From Eledone cirrhosa (Eukaryota), in NCBI GenBank assembly GCA_964016885.1, contig OZ024748.1:15686001-15750000 (forward strand): a stretch of DNA of 64,000 nt, read 5' to 3'. A program made the position numbers and the translations under genes. Below are positions 50,590 to 64,000 of this stretch, in pieces (the stretch's first letter is position 1; every line of letters starts with the position of its first letter). The notes beneath the pieces were generated by a model. It saw nothing but the letters and a program-made list of their open reading frames with translations, was not told the DNA's origin and ran no database searches.

Positions 50590-52294
50590 GGCAGATAATC
50601 AATATATTTTTTAATAAATTTCTTTATTTCCGACAGACCTCCCCCCCCCCCGGGAAAAAACTCCCAGTTGATGGATGTGAATCCGAAATATATAGGGACA
50701 ATTAAATCTCTCCCAAGGTAACTCTTTCTCGTGTTGTTATTTTTATTTTTATCCTTTACACTCATTCCTTCATTCCTCTATACGTTATAGTCTTATACAC
50801 GCCACACTTCTCAAGGTACACCCACTTACATCTCTCTCTCCACCACCGGATCTTGTTACCCGGAGATTTACCTATCTGCATTGTCGAGGCTTCCAAACTT
50901 AAATCAATATATTGTTTAAATGATGTATATAAGCCAACCTCCTCCATTTTACCATATTTTTTTTTTATTGGTGAGAAGTCACATATTCCTCAACTTATAT
51001 ACAAATATGTAAGGTATTTCTTCCTACAATCGTTTTTTTTTACTGTTTACTCACAGACGAAAGGGCAGTGTCCATGGTTCCTTTTGGGGACCTCTGAGGT
51101 TATTGAAAGGTGGAGGGAGAGCAAAAGCAGTTGTGTTACTAGGGTTGGTGTCACTCAGTGCAGTAACTATTCATCTCATCACCACTTGAATGGTAGGGTT
51201 ATTCTGTTACCTGGTTTAATACTATCACTTGATACTAGAGTGTCTTTAGTGGTGTTTACTCTGTAGCAAGCATTTCGTCCATATTACTGATTTAAGGATT
51301 TCTTCAGCCCTCTCTCCTTCCCAAAAGCCTTGAAAGCCCTGAGAAAGGGCATGGGCACTCCCCTTCCCTCCCTAATTAAACCCTATAGATAAAATATATG
51401 TATGTCAGTATATAAATATATATATATATATACACACACACTCACAAATAATATATATATATACACACAAAAACACACCCACACGATTATATATATATAT
51501 ATATATATGCACACACACATACACCTACAAAGCAATTATCATATTAAAAGCATGTGCAAATACTGTTTTGTTTTTCTTCAATAATTAATATTTGTAAATA
51601 GTCAGTCTGGAACCTGACAATAATAAAATATTTTAATCTCTTGAGAAAAATAAATGTTGAATTTTTTTCAATGCCCTATTTTTCTGATTATATACACACA
51701 CACACACATATATATCATCATCATCATCATTTTACGTCCGCTTTTCCCTGCTTGCAAGGGTGGGATGGGAACTGATTCTGGCTTGATATATTATATATAT
51801 ATATATATTAGGATGTTAAAGGGTGACGATGATGATTATATATATATATATAAACAAGCAGATATCTCAGCAAATATTGATGATTATAGGAAGAAGAGAA
51901 TATCTTATAATCATTATTTAATACATTAATTTTTTAATACATTAATTTTTTACTAATTGTAAAGGGCAGATAACTCTGTCAAACTATCATCTTGATAGAT
52001 TATTCAACACAGCAGAGCCTCAAATATTTCATATCCAGCCAAAACCTTCCTCCCTGGTGACTGCACAATAGTGTTCCAGGAGAGTTCACCTAAATTCCCA
52101 GCAACAACTGAAGAAGCTTAAAAAAGCAACAACAATAACAACAACAGGCAGTCAATGAAGAAAAGCTAGATGGTACTTAGCGTATGATATTGTATATGTA
52201 GTACAAGTTGATTCTAAGACTTCTAAGATAGAAATATTTTGTATAAATGTGTACATGAACTGATACAGTATCTGTTTATCTTTTATTGTTTAAC

Positions 52295-52425
52295 CATTTG
52301 CCATTCTGAGTTCAAATCCCGCCGAGGTTTACTTTGCCTTTCATCCTTACCGGGTCGATAAAATAAAGTACCAGTAATGCACTGGGTATTTACTGGCCTT
52401 GTGCCAAAAGTAGAAGCAATTATTT
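52295..52425 (+). mobile_element. 5'-truncated SINE type A
   Basis: ttgccattctgagttcaaatcccgccgagg...ggccttgtgccaaaagtagaa. Confidence 0.88.
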
Positions 52426-53219
52426 AACCATTTCATGACTATGTCTAAAAAATATTCTATTTCAATTAATGAAGTATTTTGAGGCATTTCCTAAAATTAT
52501 TTATTTCATTACTAAAATATGTACCATATTTCCCGGCGTCAAAGATGTATATCCTGAGCTCAAATCTTCTTTAAATTAAAAAATGCAATATGTCCATGTA
52601 TAATAAACATACATTTAGTGTCAGTGGGAGTCTTTTAAACTGTGATCATATAGCTACCTCTTTATTGAGATAAGAGTAGCATATACATGTAATTTAGAGT
52701 TGAGTTGTTGCTCTTCATCAGCATAAAACAGATGTATACTGTGCGCTTACCCTGATATAGCTGGGGTAGAATTTCAGTCAGTATAATCATCACTTATATT
52801 AACACACATTAATAAGTTAGAGAATTGGATTCACAATCAAAAGGTTGCAAGTTTGATTCCCAGGCTGGGCGATATGGAGGTCCTTAAGCAAGACAGTTTA
52901 TTTCACATTCTTTCTGCCAGGAGTTGCAATCAGTAGATAGTATCAGCAATTGGAAAGCCCAATGTATAGCTTGTTTCCTCAGTCCATTTTCACAAGATAC
53001 CCACTACTTTGTATGTGAATGAAGTCTGGGATCTTGTCGATCAATTTCCTGTATTAACAGATGTCCCAAACATATACACATTTATGATTTTTCAAGGGAG
53101 TTCTGACAGAATTCCAAATGAAATAATGTCCAAATCAAATTCAGCACTAAATATTTTAAGGCCATATTTCCTGCTAAAGTAAAGGCTATCTGGTAAGCTT
53201 CTCCATTTTGCCCATCTAC

Positions 53220-53460
53220 ATCCCCTCATTAACCTAGATTTCATTTTCTCTTCCATTATCATTCTGCAATAATTCATTGTTTGTTTTCCTATATCTGACT
53301 GAGGATATTCTCATTTCCTTTCAATTCATCTATCTATGTGGCTCCACATTCATCATTCATGTCTTGCTCCCATAAAGCATGACCCTTCTCACACATACAC
53401 CTTCCATTTCAGTTTCCATGACACTTCTTTCCTCATTAGCATGCCACTCAACCACTCTGA
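53220..53460 (-). mobile_element. Degenerate RTE LINE ORF fragment
   Basis: VRRVMLYGSKT* resembles the RTE V..V.LYG.ETW motif. Confidence 0.55.
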
Positions 53461-53491
53461 AAATGAAATGGCACCCAGTAGGATTATCAGC

Positions 53492-53754
53492 TTTAATTCT
53501 TTTGATACCAAACTGCCTGAAACCAGCCATGGTTCTATGATACAAAACTATATTTCATAATATTTTCATTTATCTAAAGACTAATGATGATAAATTTATG
53601 TAAGAAACTTTGGTAAGTTATGTTTGAATGACCAACTTAATAATGAGAAAGTTAGTTCTATTACCGAATCCATCTATATTCTTGATTATTTTGAAAATTA
53701 TTTCAAAATCATTAACAGTGTCTTTCATTAAAAATACAGTAATGAAAGGTTTAA
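53492..53754 (+). mobile_element. TTAA-type MITE family P2
   Basis: ttaattcttttgatacc...gtaatgaaaggtttaa termini; homologous to 24071-24310. Confidence 0.6.
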
Positions 53755-54382
53755 ATATTCATAAGTATAAATTCTAGGTTAAAATATATACCATTTCCTC
53801 TTTCTTTTGTCCTTACCCACCCTGTCACTCCTTAATTGTATTGAACTTGTATTTATCTTTGCTAAAACCATGAAAGCAAGATTAGTGAATTCAATAAATG
53901 TCTATAAATTTTCTTTTAAAACAATTTCCAGCTTCTCTCCACACTCTGCTGGCGCTTACCAATAGCTAAACTTACGTCTAAGTTACTACTACAGTGTTGT
54001 AGAGCAGAATAAAGTGAAGCTTAGTGATTTATATGTCCACATTCAGATGTGTTTATAGCTTGTAATATGTTTCAGTTGAGCTATTAGCATTTAGACTACA
54101 CTCGTAAATTTATATATTTCTTTGCAAACAAATTTCAAGTAGTAATAAATTGTCAACACACAACCCACTTATGAATCTATCTGTAAACACACACATACAA
54201 CTGTGTATATACCTGTGCGTACACACATGTATATATGCAGTATACATGCATGCAAGTATGCATCTGTGTTTATATATATATATATATATATGCAAAAGTT
54301 CTATTTAAAATTGTTGGGATACAACAAGTAAATATTTTTATAACTGATATAAAGCACTCGACAAGTATTTGGAGTATATATA

Positions 54383-54707
54383 CGATATTAATAAATGGAA
54401 ACTATATTTATAAAACCATATTTATTTCATTATACATATTTCAGGGATACCAAATTAAATTATGGTATGCCTTCATCAGACAAAATACAATATATTGTAA
54501 ATGCAACCATTGTTTTTGGAAGCCATCCGGATGGCTTCCAAAAACAATGGTTGCATTTTAATAGGGTACGTCAAAGCTTATTTGTAAAACTGTTATATAT
54601 TGTATTTTGTCTGATTAAGGCATACCATAATTTAATTTTGTATCCCTGAAATATGTATAATGAAATAAATATGGTTTTATAAATATAGTTTCCATTTATT
54701 AATATCG
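54383..54707. mobile_element. Young MITE with TIRs of about 112 bp, TA flanks and an internal perfect 60-bp palindrome
   Basis: 54383-54494 versus 54595-54707 differ at two positions that I can see; 54499-54558 is a perfect palindrome. Confidence 0.9.
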
Positions 54708-54724
54708 TATATATATATATATAT

Positions 54725-54952
54725 ATCATCATCATCATCATTTTACGTCCACTTTTCCCTGCTTGCAAGGGTGGGACGGGAACTGATTGTGGTTTGATTT
54801 CTACAGCTGGATGCCCTTCCTAACACCAACCTCATTTACAGTGAGTGCTGGGTGCTTTTTTGCCGTGGCACCTCCACGACCACTTTGCAGTGGAATTATA
54901 GGGACCCCAGTCCCTATCATCTCATTTCTACAGCTGAGTAAATTGGAGCAAT
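54725..54952 (-). mobile_element. 5'-truncated SINE type B
   Basis: Matches the 3' two-thirds of 44366-44707. Confidence 0.88.
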
Positions 54953-55364
54953 ATATATATATATATATATAGCATAAGCATATACAATTGTGTATATACT
55001 TGTACACACATGTATATATATATACATACAAGTATATATACATACAAGTATGCATGCATATATATATACAGCATTAACACAATTATGCATATACCTCTAC
55101 ACATATGTATACATGCATGTAAGTATGCATATATATATATATATATATACAGCATAAACACAAATATATGCATACACCTATGCACACATGCATATACCTA
55201 CATACACACATATATAGCACACACAACTCATGAATACATGTACAAATACCCTCACTCACACACATGCATGTAGTTTAGTCATTTACGAATATACATATGA
55301 TCACACACACACACATGCATGCATTTATGCTTATGAAGTGTACCTATTTACAAACATGTATGCA

Positions 55365-55507
55365 TGCACACTCTCACTCGCACAGACACTCTCTCACACA
55401 CACACACACTCGCACACTCTCTCACACACACACTCGCACACACACACGCACCCCCCCCCCACACACACACTCTCGCACACACACTCGCACACACACTCGC
55501 ACACTCG

Positions 55508-55541
<34 letters not shown>

Positions 55542-55680
55542 GTCTCACACAAACTCGCACACCCACACACTCACACACACACACTCTCACACACACACTC
55601 GCACCCACACACTCACACACACACTCTCAAACACACACGCACGCACACACACGTACACTCGCACACATGCACACACATGT
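55365..55680. repeat. (CA)n with periodic ctcg interruptions
   Basis: Directly visible. Confidence 0.92.
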
Positions 55681-56173
55681 AGCAGCCAGTTCATCATGCA
55701 GGTTTGGGCAGAGATGAAGACAAGGTGAAGACAACACCAACAAGATCAGGGTTTTTTTTTAGCAAAGGAACAAAAATAGACTTGTTTTATGAGAAAATGA
55801 GTGAAGCTACTAAATGTAATTTGGTTGGAAATAGTTTTTGTTTATTAAAGGTAAGATTCAAGTGAAGGGGAGGGGTTTATAGTGGTGCGGAGCGGAGTAT
55901 AGAGAGGTTAAGTGGTGTGGTGTGAATTAGAGTAGATATGTTGATTACACTGTTGTTACATAAGTTAAAGTCACTGGAACCAAAAGGTGAGGATGTGTGT
56001 ATGGAGATAAATGAATAGGAATAATAGGACGTAATAAAAGACTGATGACCTTACACTCATGAGCCCCACACAATGTGTGTGTGTGTGTGGGGGGGGGCTA
56101 GCTGAATACACACGTTCCTTCCTTTTATCACTCTTTAACTTTCTATTTTAACTTTTGTTTCTCATTCTTTTTT

Positions 56174-56199
56174 CTGATGAAGGACTATTGTCCGAAACC
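56174..56199 (+). ncRNA. Hammerhead-core motif in a Penelope-like dispersed repeat
   Basis: CTGATGA-A-GGAC-tatt-GTCC-GAAAC with perfect stem II; stems I and III unclear. Confidence 0.4.
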
Positions 56200-56364
56200 T
56201 AAATCCTCTTTTCCCACTATATCAAGTGCTAAATAATTTGTATCTCTTCATTATACTGTGTTGTTTGCTTTGTATTTGTGTATTTCTTCCACACATACAT
56301 ATAATCATTCTTACATCCGTTTTTCCATATCTTTATAAGTTGGACTATATATATATATATATCT

Positions 56365-56527
56365 CTATCTAAGGCGGGTAAAATTCTCGAGATCCATGGA
56401 CGAGTTCTCTCCAGCGGTCTCTGTCCCTCATTATCGCTGCCATATCCTGCATCTCCAACAGACCAGTGTCTGTCCTTAGGGCATCAACATATGTTAACCT
56501 TGGTCTTCCTCTTCTAGTGTGTCCATA
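56365..56527 (-). mobile_element. 3' end of a third RTE-group LINE, inserted in (TA)n
   Basis: Open frame GHTRRGRPRLTYVDALRTDTG...MRDRDRWRELV...PP*. Confidence 0.8.
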
Positions 56528-56841
56528 TATATATGATAGATCCACATAAACCAATCACACAAAAATGTAGAAAAATAAATGTTAAACAATCAAAGAGGAT
56601 GGGATCTGTGAAAGAAGGAGAAGCTAGAAAGACATAAGTAGTCTGATTTGAACCACATAAAGGAATTGACACAGGACTACAACAAATGTTGATATTCTAT
56701 ACAAAAGAAGATCCATCCAACCCACACAAAAATGGAAAAATGGCGTTGGTGATGATGATGGTGAATTGTATATACAATTATTTTCCATTGTTGCTTTTAT
56801 GTTTGTAATTCAGGTGTCAATAAGGAACATACATTTTAAAT

Positions 56842-56985
56842 AATTGTTTCTACTTTTTGGCACAAGGCCAGCAATTAACCCAGTGTATTACTGGTACTTT
56901 ATTTTATCGACCCCGTAAGGATGAAAGGCAAAGTTAACCTCGGCGGGATTTGAACTCAGTCCGTAAAGGGACGTAACTGTGCTGC
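56842..56985 (-). mobile_element. SINE type A, 5'-truncated
   Basis: Body match. Confidence 0.88.
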
Positions 56986-57479
56986 ATACATACATACATT
57001 TTTAATAATATCGTTAAATATAACCGAATATAACATTACTTTTTAAAATAGATATACATGTATATATATACACACACATCCACACACATATACACGTACA
57101 CACACACATACATACATTCATATACATACATACACATATCTGTGTGCGTGTTTTTGTGTATATGTATTTATATACATATATATATATTATGTTTATCTGA
57201 GAGAAAGAGAGAGAGAGAGAGAAACAATAAATTGCCACATAATATATAACGATTCCCAGTTGAGCTATAAGCTGTTTGAAGTTATGATTTCCATGTAATT
57301 TAAATGCCTCCCTGCTTTATATATTTCAAAGTTAAATGCTAAAGCCACACTGATCAGGTCGTACTCATCAAGTCTCTACAATTAAAATCCCAAGAGAGAA
57401 TCCACACAAATGCTTTCGACATCTTTTCTTCGCTCTTTGAAAGAATTTCAAGAATCTGTTTAATCATCATCAGCATCAT

Positions 57480-57705
57480 TTAACCCTTTAGCATTTAAAC
57501 CGACCATATCCGGGCAGAATTCTCTCACCACTTTCTGTTCAAACCAGCATTTTCCGGCCACTAATTCTGATATTAAGGTATTGTTCTCAAAATAAATAAC
57601 AAAATCTCATAGATTCGTTATTATGACAGAAAATAATGTGAAGTAAAGACTTTGCCGTGCAAATATAACAATATATAGAGAGTAATGTAAATGCTAAAGG
57701 GTTAA
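57480..57705 (-). mobile_element. piggyBac-type MITE P1
   Basis: ttaaccctttagcattta...taaatgctaaagggttaa perfect TIR with TTAA. Confidence 0.88.
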
Positions 57706-58136
57706 TGTCTGGTCCCCTCCACTACCACCGCTGCTAACAAGGTTTGGATGGTTTGTTAAACACCTAGTTAACCCTTTATCAGAATACCAGATCTGACACT
57801 TGCAAATTGGGCCACTGCTCATTTCCATATGTTCTTGGATAATGTGGTGTTTGATAGGTGCATTTTATCATGGTATAAGTACTAAGGAGGTTGTCATATT
57901 GTCATATCATTGACAACTAAAGAGTAGGCTTGATCTTTTGTTTGGCAGCAAGTTTTCTATGACTGGATGCCTTTCCTATCACCAACCACATTACAGAATG
58001 TACTGGATGAGCTTTGTGTCATCAAATCTAAAGAGTTTGTCATGCACTTGCAGTCTTTGCAACACTTTTTAAGCATGTTTTCTACATGAGAACATTTATG
58101 CACATTCGAATATTTTGACATTTTGTACATCATAGT

Positions 58137-58357
58137 TTAATCTTTTAGCATTTAAACCAGCCGTATCTGGCCTGAATTCTCTCACTCTCTCTGTACAAAC
58201 CATTGGCTGCTCATACTGATGTTAAAGTATTCTTCTCAAAATAAATAATATCAAAATCTCATAGATTTGATATTATGTATAATAATTTTATGAGGTAAAG
58301 ACTTTACCACAAAAATATGATATAATATATATAGTAATGTAAATGATAAAGTGTTAA
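58137..58357 (-). mobile_element. piggyBac-type MITE P1
   Basis: TTAA ends, body match. Confidence 0.82.
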
Positions 58358-58756
58358 ACTTTTAAAATGAAATTCATTGCTCTTGTGTTTCAATTATTTC
58401 TCAAAATAATCAAGATTTTTGCAAGAATCTAATAAATATTTAAATTATTAACTCCTAACTTTTCCCCTTCTATAATAATAGTGAAAGTCATTGTTTATAA
58501 TTTGCAAATTATTTTGTAAATAATCAAGAATCCGGGTTTACTTAGTAATTTAATCAACTTTCTTATTATTAAACTGGCAGAACCAATGGAAGTCTAACTT
58601 ACACACATACACACACTACCCATTTTAAAATGCTCATAGTTATATAATTCAAAAAACAAAACGCTACATAATTTTATGAACCCTTTGTTCAGTTACGTTC
58701 CAAATATCAGCTTAAATATGAAACATGTTTAGATTAATTCCTGAAAATATTTCATC

Positions 58757-59087
58757 TTTTTCTCCCACTTATTCCTGAGAGGGTTATGGTGGCAGAGTCC
58801 TCAAACACTCCTCCCAGCAGACCCTGTCAGAAGCAACAATCTCCAACTGATCCGGCTGGATCCCCAAGTAAGACCAGCAAGCTCATGGATGTTATCCAAC
58901 CATCTTGCTCAAGGACTTCCCCTGGGTCTCCTGCTGGATCTATCCAGATACATTGTAACCACATTCCCATAGTATCAAAGCTGTGATCTCTCACTTCGGA
59001 GAAGTAGCAACTCTACCTGGAGTGATTCTCTGATCTACACACTATCAACTAATGTTACTCCAAAGACCAGTGGAAGGAACCCCATTT
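58757..59087 (-). mobile_element. RTE-A LINE 3' fragment
   Basis: Homologous to 12907-13278 with an internal deletion. Confidence 0.8.
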
Positions 59088-59818
59088 GTTTCATTATTTT
59101 CAAAATTATTTGAAACACCTCTGCTACATATTTCTTAAGGTACCAAAATAGTTTAAGTGTAATATACAGATTGTTACATATTTTTAAGCAGAAGTAATTG
59201 AATTTTTTACTATTACCTTCAGTATGTAGTTACAAATTTCCTAACTCTGTCATTTCTCCATATCCTATTAAGCAACCAAATTCTTCAAAATGAGGACATT
59301 TAATAGTTTCTTTCTGCAGCTCTAGTCATTCTTTTGGCTTCCTTTGGAATGGATCCAAGTAAAATATTATCCCCGCTCCTTCACCAGCATCAGCACAATG
59401 TAGTCTTCCATATGAAGGCTTCAAAGAATAAAATATATTTCAAAAAACCTTAGTAATATTTATTAAATCTGCATTTCCTCATGCTGTATGTCCATAAATT
59501 TGGATATTAGTTTTGAGGTAAAGTATCAAACCAGCTAAAACTGCTCCTACTTTTGTGATATACAACTTTAGTTTAAAGTATTTATATTATTCTAGAAACC
59601 TTCAATTACAATTTTATGTAGGAACATTTCATTACAATTTTATGTATGTATTTTTGCTAAGTTATATTCCAAAATACAGCTTAGTAATAACAAGAAAGAT
59701 ATGTTACTAAATCCCTTCAAATTCTTGATAATTTTCAAAATCCACCACCTGGCCCTTGGGTGGTAGGCTTAATCCATTACCCCTTTTAACACCACCACCT
59801 AGTCCTTGGATGTAAGAC

Positions 59819-60038
59819 TTAACCCTTTAGCATTTCTCTATATATACTATTGTATTTTTGTGGTAAAGGCTTTATCTTACATAATCTCACATAATATCAA
59901 ATCTACGAGATTTTAATGTTATTTATTTTGAGAACAATACCTTAACGCCAGTACGAGCAGTCAGTTACAGCTGGTTTCAACAGAAAGAGCTGAGAGAATT
60001 CTGGCCGAATACGGCCAGTTTAAATGCTAAAGGATTAA
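59819..60038 (+). mobile_element. piggyBac-type MITE P1 interrupting a small tandem repeat (59742-60108)
   Basis: TTAA ends; ccaccacc...cttgg.tg.tag units on both sides. Confidence 0.85.
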
Positions 60039-60909
60039 TCTGTCACCTAGTTTTTCACCACCACCTTGGGTGGTAGATTGAATCCATTACCTAGTTTAAC
60101 ACCACCACATAATATTTAGGTGTTTTAGTGGAGTTCACTTTGTTTTTAGCAATCAGAGTAGATCAATATGAAAACTGGTTTCAATATCTGATCTTTCTCT
60201 TTTTCCTGCACCTGACATGGGCCCCTGAAATGTTAAGGGCTGGTGCATACTATTGTTTTCCCCCTGATTAAATGGTAAAACAATAACAGAAAAAAAAAAT
60301 CTAGCCGCTACCATATTTTGCCAATAAAAACATACCAATTTGTAGATCAATATTATACTTATTGAAAATTATTTTAAAAAACCCTTAAATTTTTATAAAT
60401 TATATAGCTTTGATAACCAGCATCTTCTGCAGAAATAACTGCTTTCTTCTCATATTGAAATAATTCATGCAGAGGCCTCTTGTTCAATATTACTCTAACC
60501 AATTATTATGTGTTATTACTATAGTGATTTGGTGTATAATTAAAACAGGAAAGTGATATATAATTAGATAAGAACTAATGTAATTTGTTATATGAATAAT
60601 CAAACTAAGTGACCACTTAAAAAGTGTAAAGTGTTATTGTTTTTAAACGTTTTTTAAAAATGCAAAATATCTTTTAGAAATGTTTAGTATGTTGAAAAAT
60701 ATGACTGTATGGTTAAGAAGTTTTCATTGGAACCGAATGGGTTAGGATTCTATTTCACAGTGAAGAAAATGCTTCAAATAGTGCCCCTGGTTAACAAAAC
60801 CCTTATGAGTGAATTTGGTAGTCAGAAACTGTATAAAAGTCCAAGTATATATGTGTGTGTGTGCGCGCGTTAATGTTCGAGTTTACTTTTGTGTGTGTCT
60901 TAAGTATGT

Positions 60910-61136
60910 TTAACCCTTTAGTATTTAAACTAGCTGTAACCGGCCAGAATTCTCTCACATTTTCTGTTCAAATCAGCCATAACTGGCCACTCATAATGAT
61001 ATTAAGGTACTTTTATCAAAATAAATAACATCAAAATCTCGTAGATTTAATAATATGTGAGATAATTATATGAGGTAAAGCCTTTACCATAAAATACAAT
61101 AGTATATATGGAGTAATGTAAATACTAAAGGGTTAA
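60910..61136 (-). mobile_element. piggyBac-type MITE P1
   Basis: ttaaccctttagtattta...taaatactaaagggttaa perfect TIR. Confidence 0.88.
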
Positions 61137-61489
61137 AAATGGAGAGATTTTTGAGTATGAAGAGCAGTGTTTCTTGACAAATTTCTGTTGTTTTGTGATA
61201 TAAAATGTCTTTTACGTATTTACTGATTGTTCATTTTGTTTTGAACTGTTTTCATTTTACATTTGAAAAGAGGCCTGAAATATATTGGGTAAAATATTGA
61301 TTTGTTTTATTATACCATATTTTGCCCTTTATATACTCCTACTATATTGTACCGACTTTCTGAAACTGATCTCAAATTTATTACATTTCATTCTTTCATG
61401 AATACATGCTCTCTTTAAAACAATATGCATCTTATTAAAATTGGGGTAGTGGAGATTGTTTGTAAAATATAGCTGTGGGTTCTGTGATC

Positions 61490-61690
61490 TTAGAAAAATC
61501 ATAGAAGGGTTCTGATATTTAATGTGTATGGAGGATGAGGGTTGAGTAAGGTGGGACCAAGTAATTCAAATGGAAGGACCTACAGAAGGGGAAGACCAAG
61601 GAAGACGTGGGAAGTAATGGTGGAAGCTGTTCCTAGGAGGTTGGTCCCCTTCAAGGAAATGACAAGGGATCACAACAAATGACAAGAGCC
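61490..61690 (+). mobile_element. Degenerate RTE LINE 3' fragment
   Basis: IQMEGPTEG-GRPRKTWEV motif. Confidence 0.6.
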
Positions 61691-61754
61691 CCTCCCTATA
61701 AAATAAGAGCATGAAGAAACAAAAACAAAACCAACAAAGAAAAATAGACATGTA

Positions 61755-62120
61755 AAAGTGATGGTGCTGTGGAGGATGATGATGGCATTGTGGATGAAGA
61801 TAACAATGATGATAGTGGTGATGGTTGTAACAATGATGACCGACAACGTTGAAGGTGATGATGATAGTGATGGCGCAAATGATAACGATGGTGGTGGTGG
61901 TGGGGATAGTGGTGGTAGGAATGATGGTTATAATGATGGTGATGATGATAGGGATGGTGGGGATGATGGTAGTGGTGGTGGGGATGGTGGGGATGATGGT
62001 AGTGGTGGAGATGGTGATGATGGTGGTGATAATAGTGGTAATGACGATGGTGATGATGATGGTGACGATAATGATGATGATAATGATGGTGATGATAATG
62101 ATGGTGATGATTATGATGGT
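61755..62120. repeat. (GAT/GGT)n low-complexity tract
   Basis: Directly visible. Confidence 0.9.
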
Positions 62121-63394
62121 AACTCAGAGGAAAAAAAAGGTAAAAAAAAAACTGACAAGTGAAGCCAAAGGGCATAAATCTTTTCACCTCGAGGATTATA
62201 TCACAGAGCAGTGGGTTAAATTTCAGATTTATCATCTGAAGAACTTCTCTATTTCCTTTATCTATTTTACTGGGGATTCCTGATAAGAAATTTACCAATT
62301 CAAAGAGAACACTTAAAAGATAAACAAACAAAAATAAGCAGCCAACAAACAAACAAAGCTGAGCTTAATGAATTGGTTTAATGTTTCAAAATGTCTTATA
62401 AAAGATAAACTTTCAGCCGCTCTATCATAATACAGTTACAACTATTGATAGGAGTCGTTTTCTTCGCTAAACACTGATAAAGACAGTTCTTTTGTGAGAA
62501 TTAAATTATCTTTCAATTAGAAATTAATTCCATTTTATTGGAAATTCTTCGTTCTTTCTTTTTTTTAAACAATAAATAAAGAAAAAAAATACCATAAGGA
62601 ATAAATAAATAAAAACATTTAGTAGTCAAGAATTGAACCCACTATACCTTATTGAGGAGTCTGTGAGGTTTATTTGGGACTTTTTTATATTCTGTATAAC
62701 ACTATGTGTGAGTGTGTGTATGTGTGTGAGAAAGAGTGTGTGATTTTACAGAATTTATGTATTTTATATGAATCTTGAAAATGAATGTTCCGTTTTCCTG
62801 TTGGGAAGCCATCACAATCCAGATAACTATAAATAATAATTGGATAAATTGAGTAACGAACCCCTGAAGATAGAAAATTGGACAGAAATGCCAGCATAAT
62901 CAAACTATGAAAAATAGAATTATTTATTTTACCAACACTTGTATTTTATTTAAATTCTTTTGTTCTAGTTTATAACATTTTAAATTAACCCTTTTCACAG
63001 GAAATAAGACACATAAAGAGGATGATTTTCTTAACTTTAAATATCACTGCTAGCAGAGAAAAAACTGAGTCCAACCCTTGGCAGCATTTTAGAATTGTGA
63101 GAGTCATACTTGTTTAGCAAATGACTTGATCTGAAACTATGTTGAAACTGAAGCAATTATATCATAGAAGAGTTATTTTAGACATTATTTAAAAAAGAAA
63201 ACAAATAAAAAAAGGTCATTATTTTTCATTTATTCCTAGGTTTCAAAATTCCCAATAGAAATGTTGACACTTCAGAAATGGAAATTAATCTAACAGTTTT
63301 TATGTTTTTTAAAATGGCTAAACTAATTCTTCGATGATGTAGGTGCTTGTTTTAAATTTTATTTACCATTCTCTAGTGCTAAAGATATGATAAA

Positions 63395-63840
63395 AAATTC
63401 ATACAGTACACTCTGTAAAGTGTTAGTCCTACTGACACGATAAAATGCACCCAGCACACACTCTAAAGTGGTAGTGTTGGTACCACAATAAAATACATCC
63501 AGTACACTCTGTAAAGTGTTAGTCCTATGGACATGGTAAAATGCACTCAGCACCCCATCAAATTCTGTGAAGTGGTAGCACTGGTGCCATGTTAAAATTC
63601 CCCGAGTACACTCCATAAAATGTTAGTCCTATGGACAAGATAAAATGTACCAAGCACCCCAACACATTCTGTGAAATAGTAGCATGGGTGCCATGTTAAA
63701 ATTCCCCTTTGTAAAGTGGTCAACATCAGGAAGGGCATTCAGTCATAGAAATCAAGCCAAAAATAGTGCATAAGAGCAAGATGAGGGTCTCCAACCAGAC
63801 TGTGATGACTCATCCAACCCATGCCAGTAAAATGGTGATG
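63395..63840 (+). repeat. SINE-module tandem repeat ending in a SINE C/B-type 3' tail
   Basis: Repeated aaaatgcacccagcacactctgtaaagtg, then aggaagggcattcag...ccaacccatgccag. Confidence 0.7.
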
Positions 63841-64000
63841 TTAAACTTTTACATTTGTAAGTTTTTGAAATCTTCCCCACTTAAGATATTGCTAGATTTC
63901 AATAGTTTCCAATTTCTTTTCTGAAGTATCGTATCCATTTCAAAAGAGAGCAGATTAGACTGACACGTGCAGGTGATAAGATATATTGTGGTAGTTTCTC

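Noticed and set aside
51055-51093. 39-nt minus-strand micro-exon candidate
   Set aside because: Plausible splice signals but no recognisable peptide; expected by chance in 64 kb
61696-62352. His-rich and Asp/Gly-rich ORFs
   Set aside because: (GAT/GGT)n low complexity read in different frames

Overview
AT-rich eukaryotic non-coding DNA (intergenic or deep intronic), most consistent with an octopod cephalopod. This is inferred from the tRNA-derived SINE families, the (TGA)n-tailed RTE/SINE ends and the very high (TA)n/(CA)n load. No host protein-coding gene can be supported; most long ORFs in the track are microsatellite or low-complexity artefacts. The only substantial real reading frame is a young, 5'-truncated CR1-clade LINE on the minus strand (29.4-30.3 kb). 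The rest is a nested mosaic of RTE-clade LINE 3' ends, at least three SINE types, TTAA (piggyBac-type), TA (Tc1/pogo-type) and hAT-type MITEs, foldback elements and minisatellites, several visibly born from pieces of transposons. Most notable: a well-formed minimal hammerhead ribozyme in a Penelope-like cassette embedded in (TA)n (33.1 kb) plus three more hammerhead-core motifs, a young MITE with a perfect 60-bp loopless palindrome (54.4-54.7 kb), a 149-bp tandem array of SINE bodies (45.5-46.5 kb), and several close inverted repeat pairs that could form dsRNA. Family names come from recalled motifs, not database searches, and boundaries are approximate. I see no convincing evidence of a wholly new biological system.
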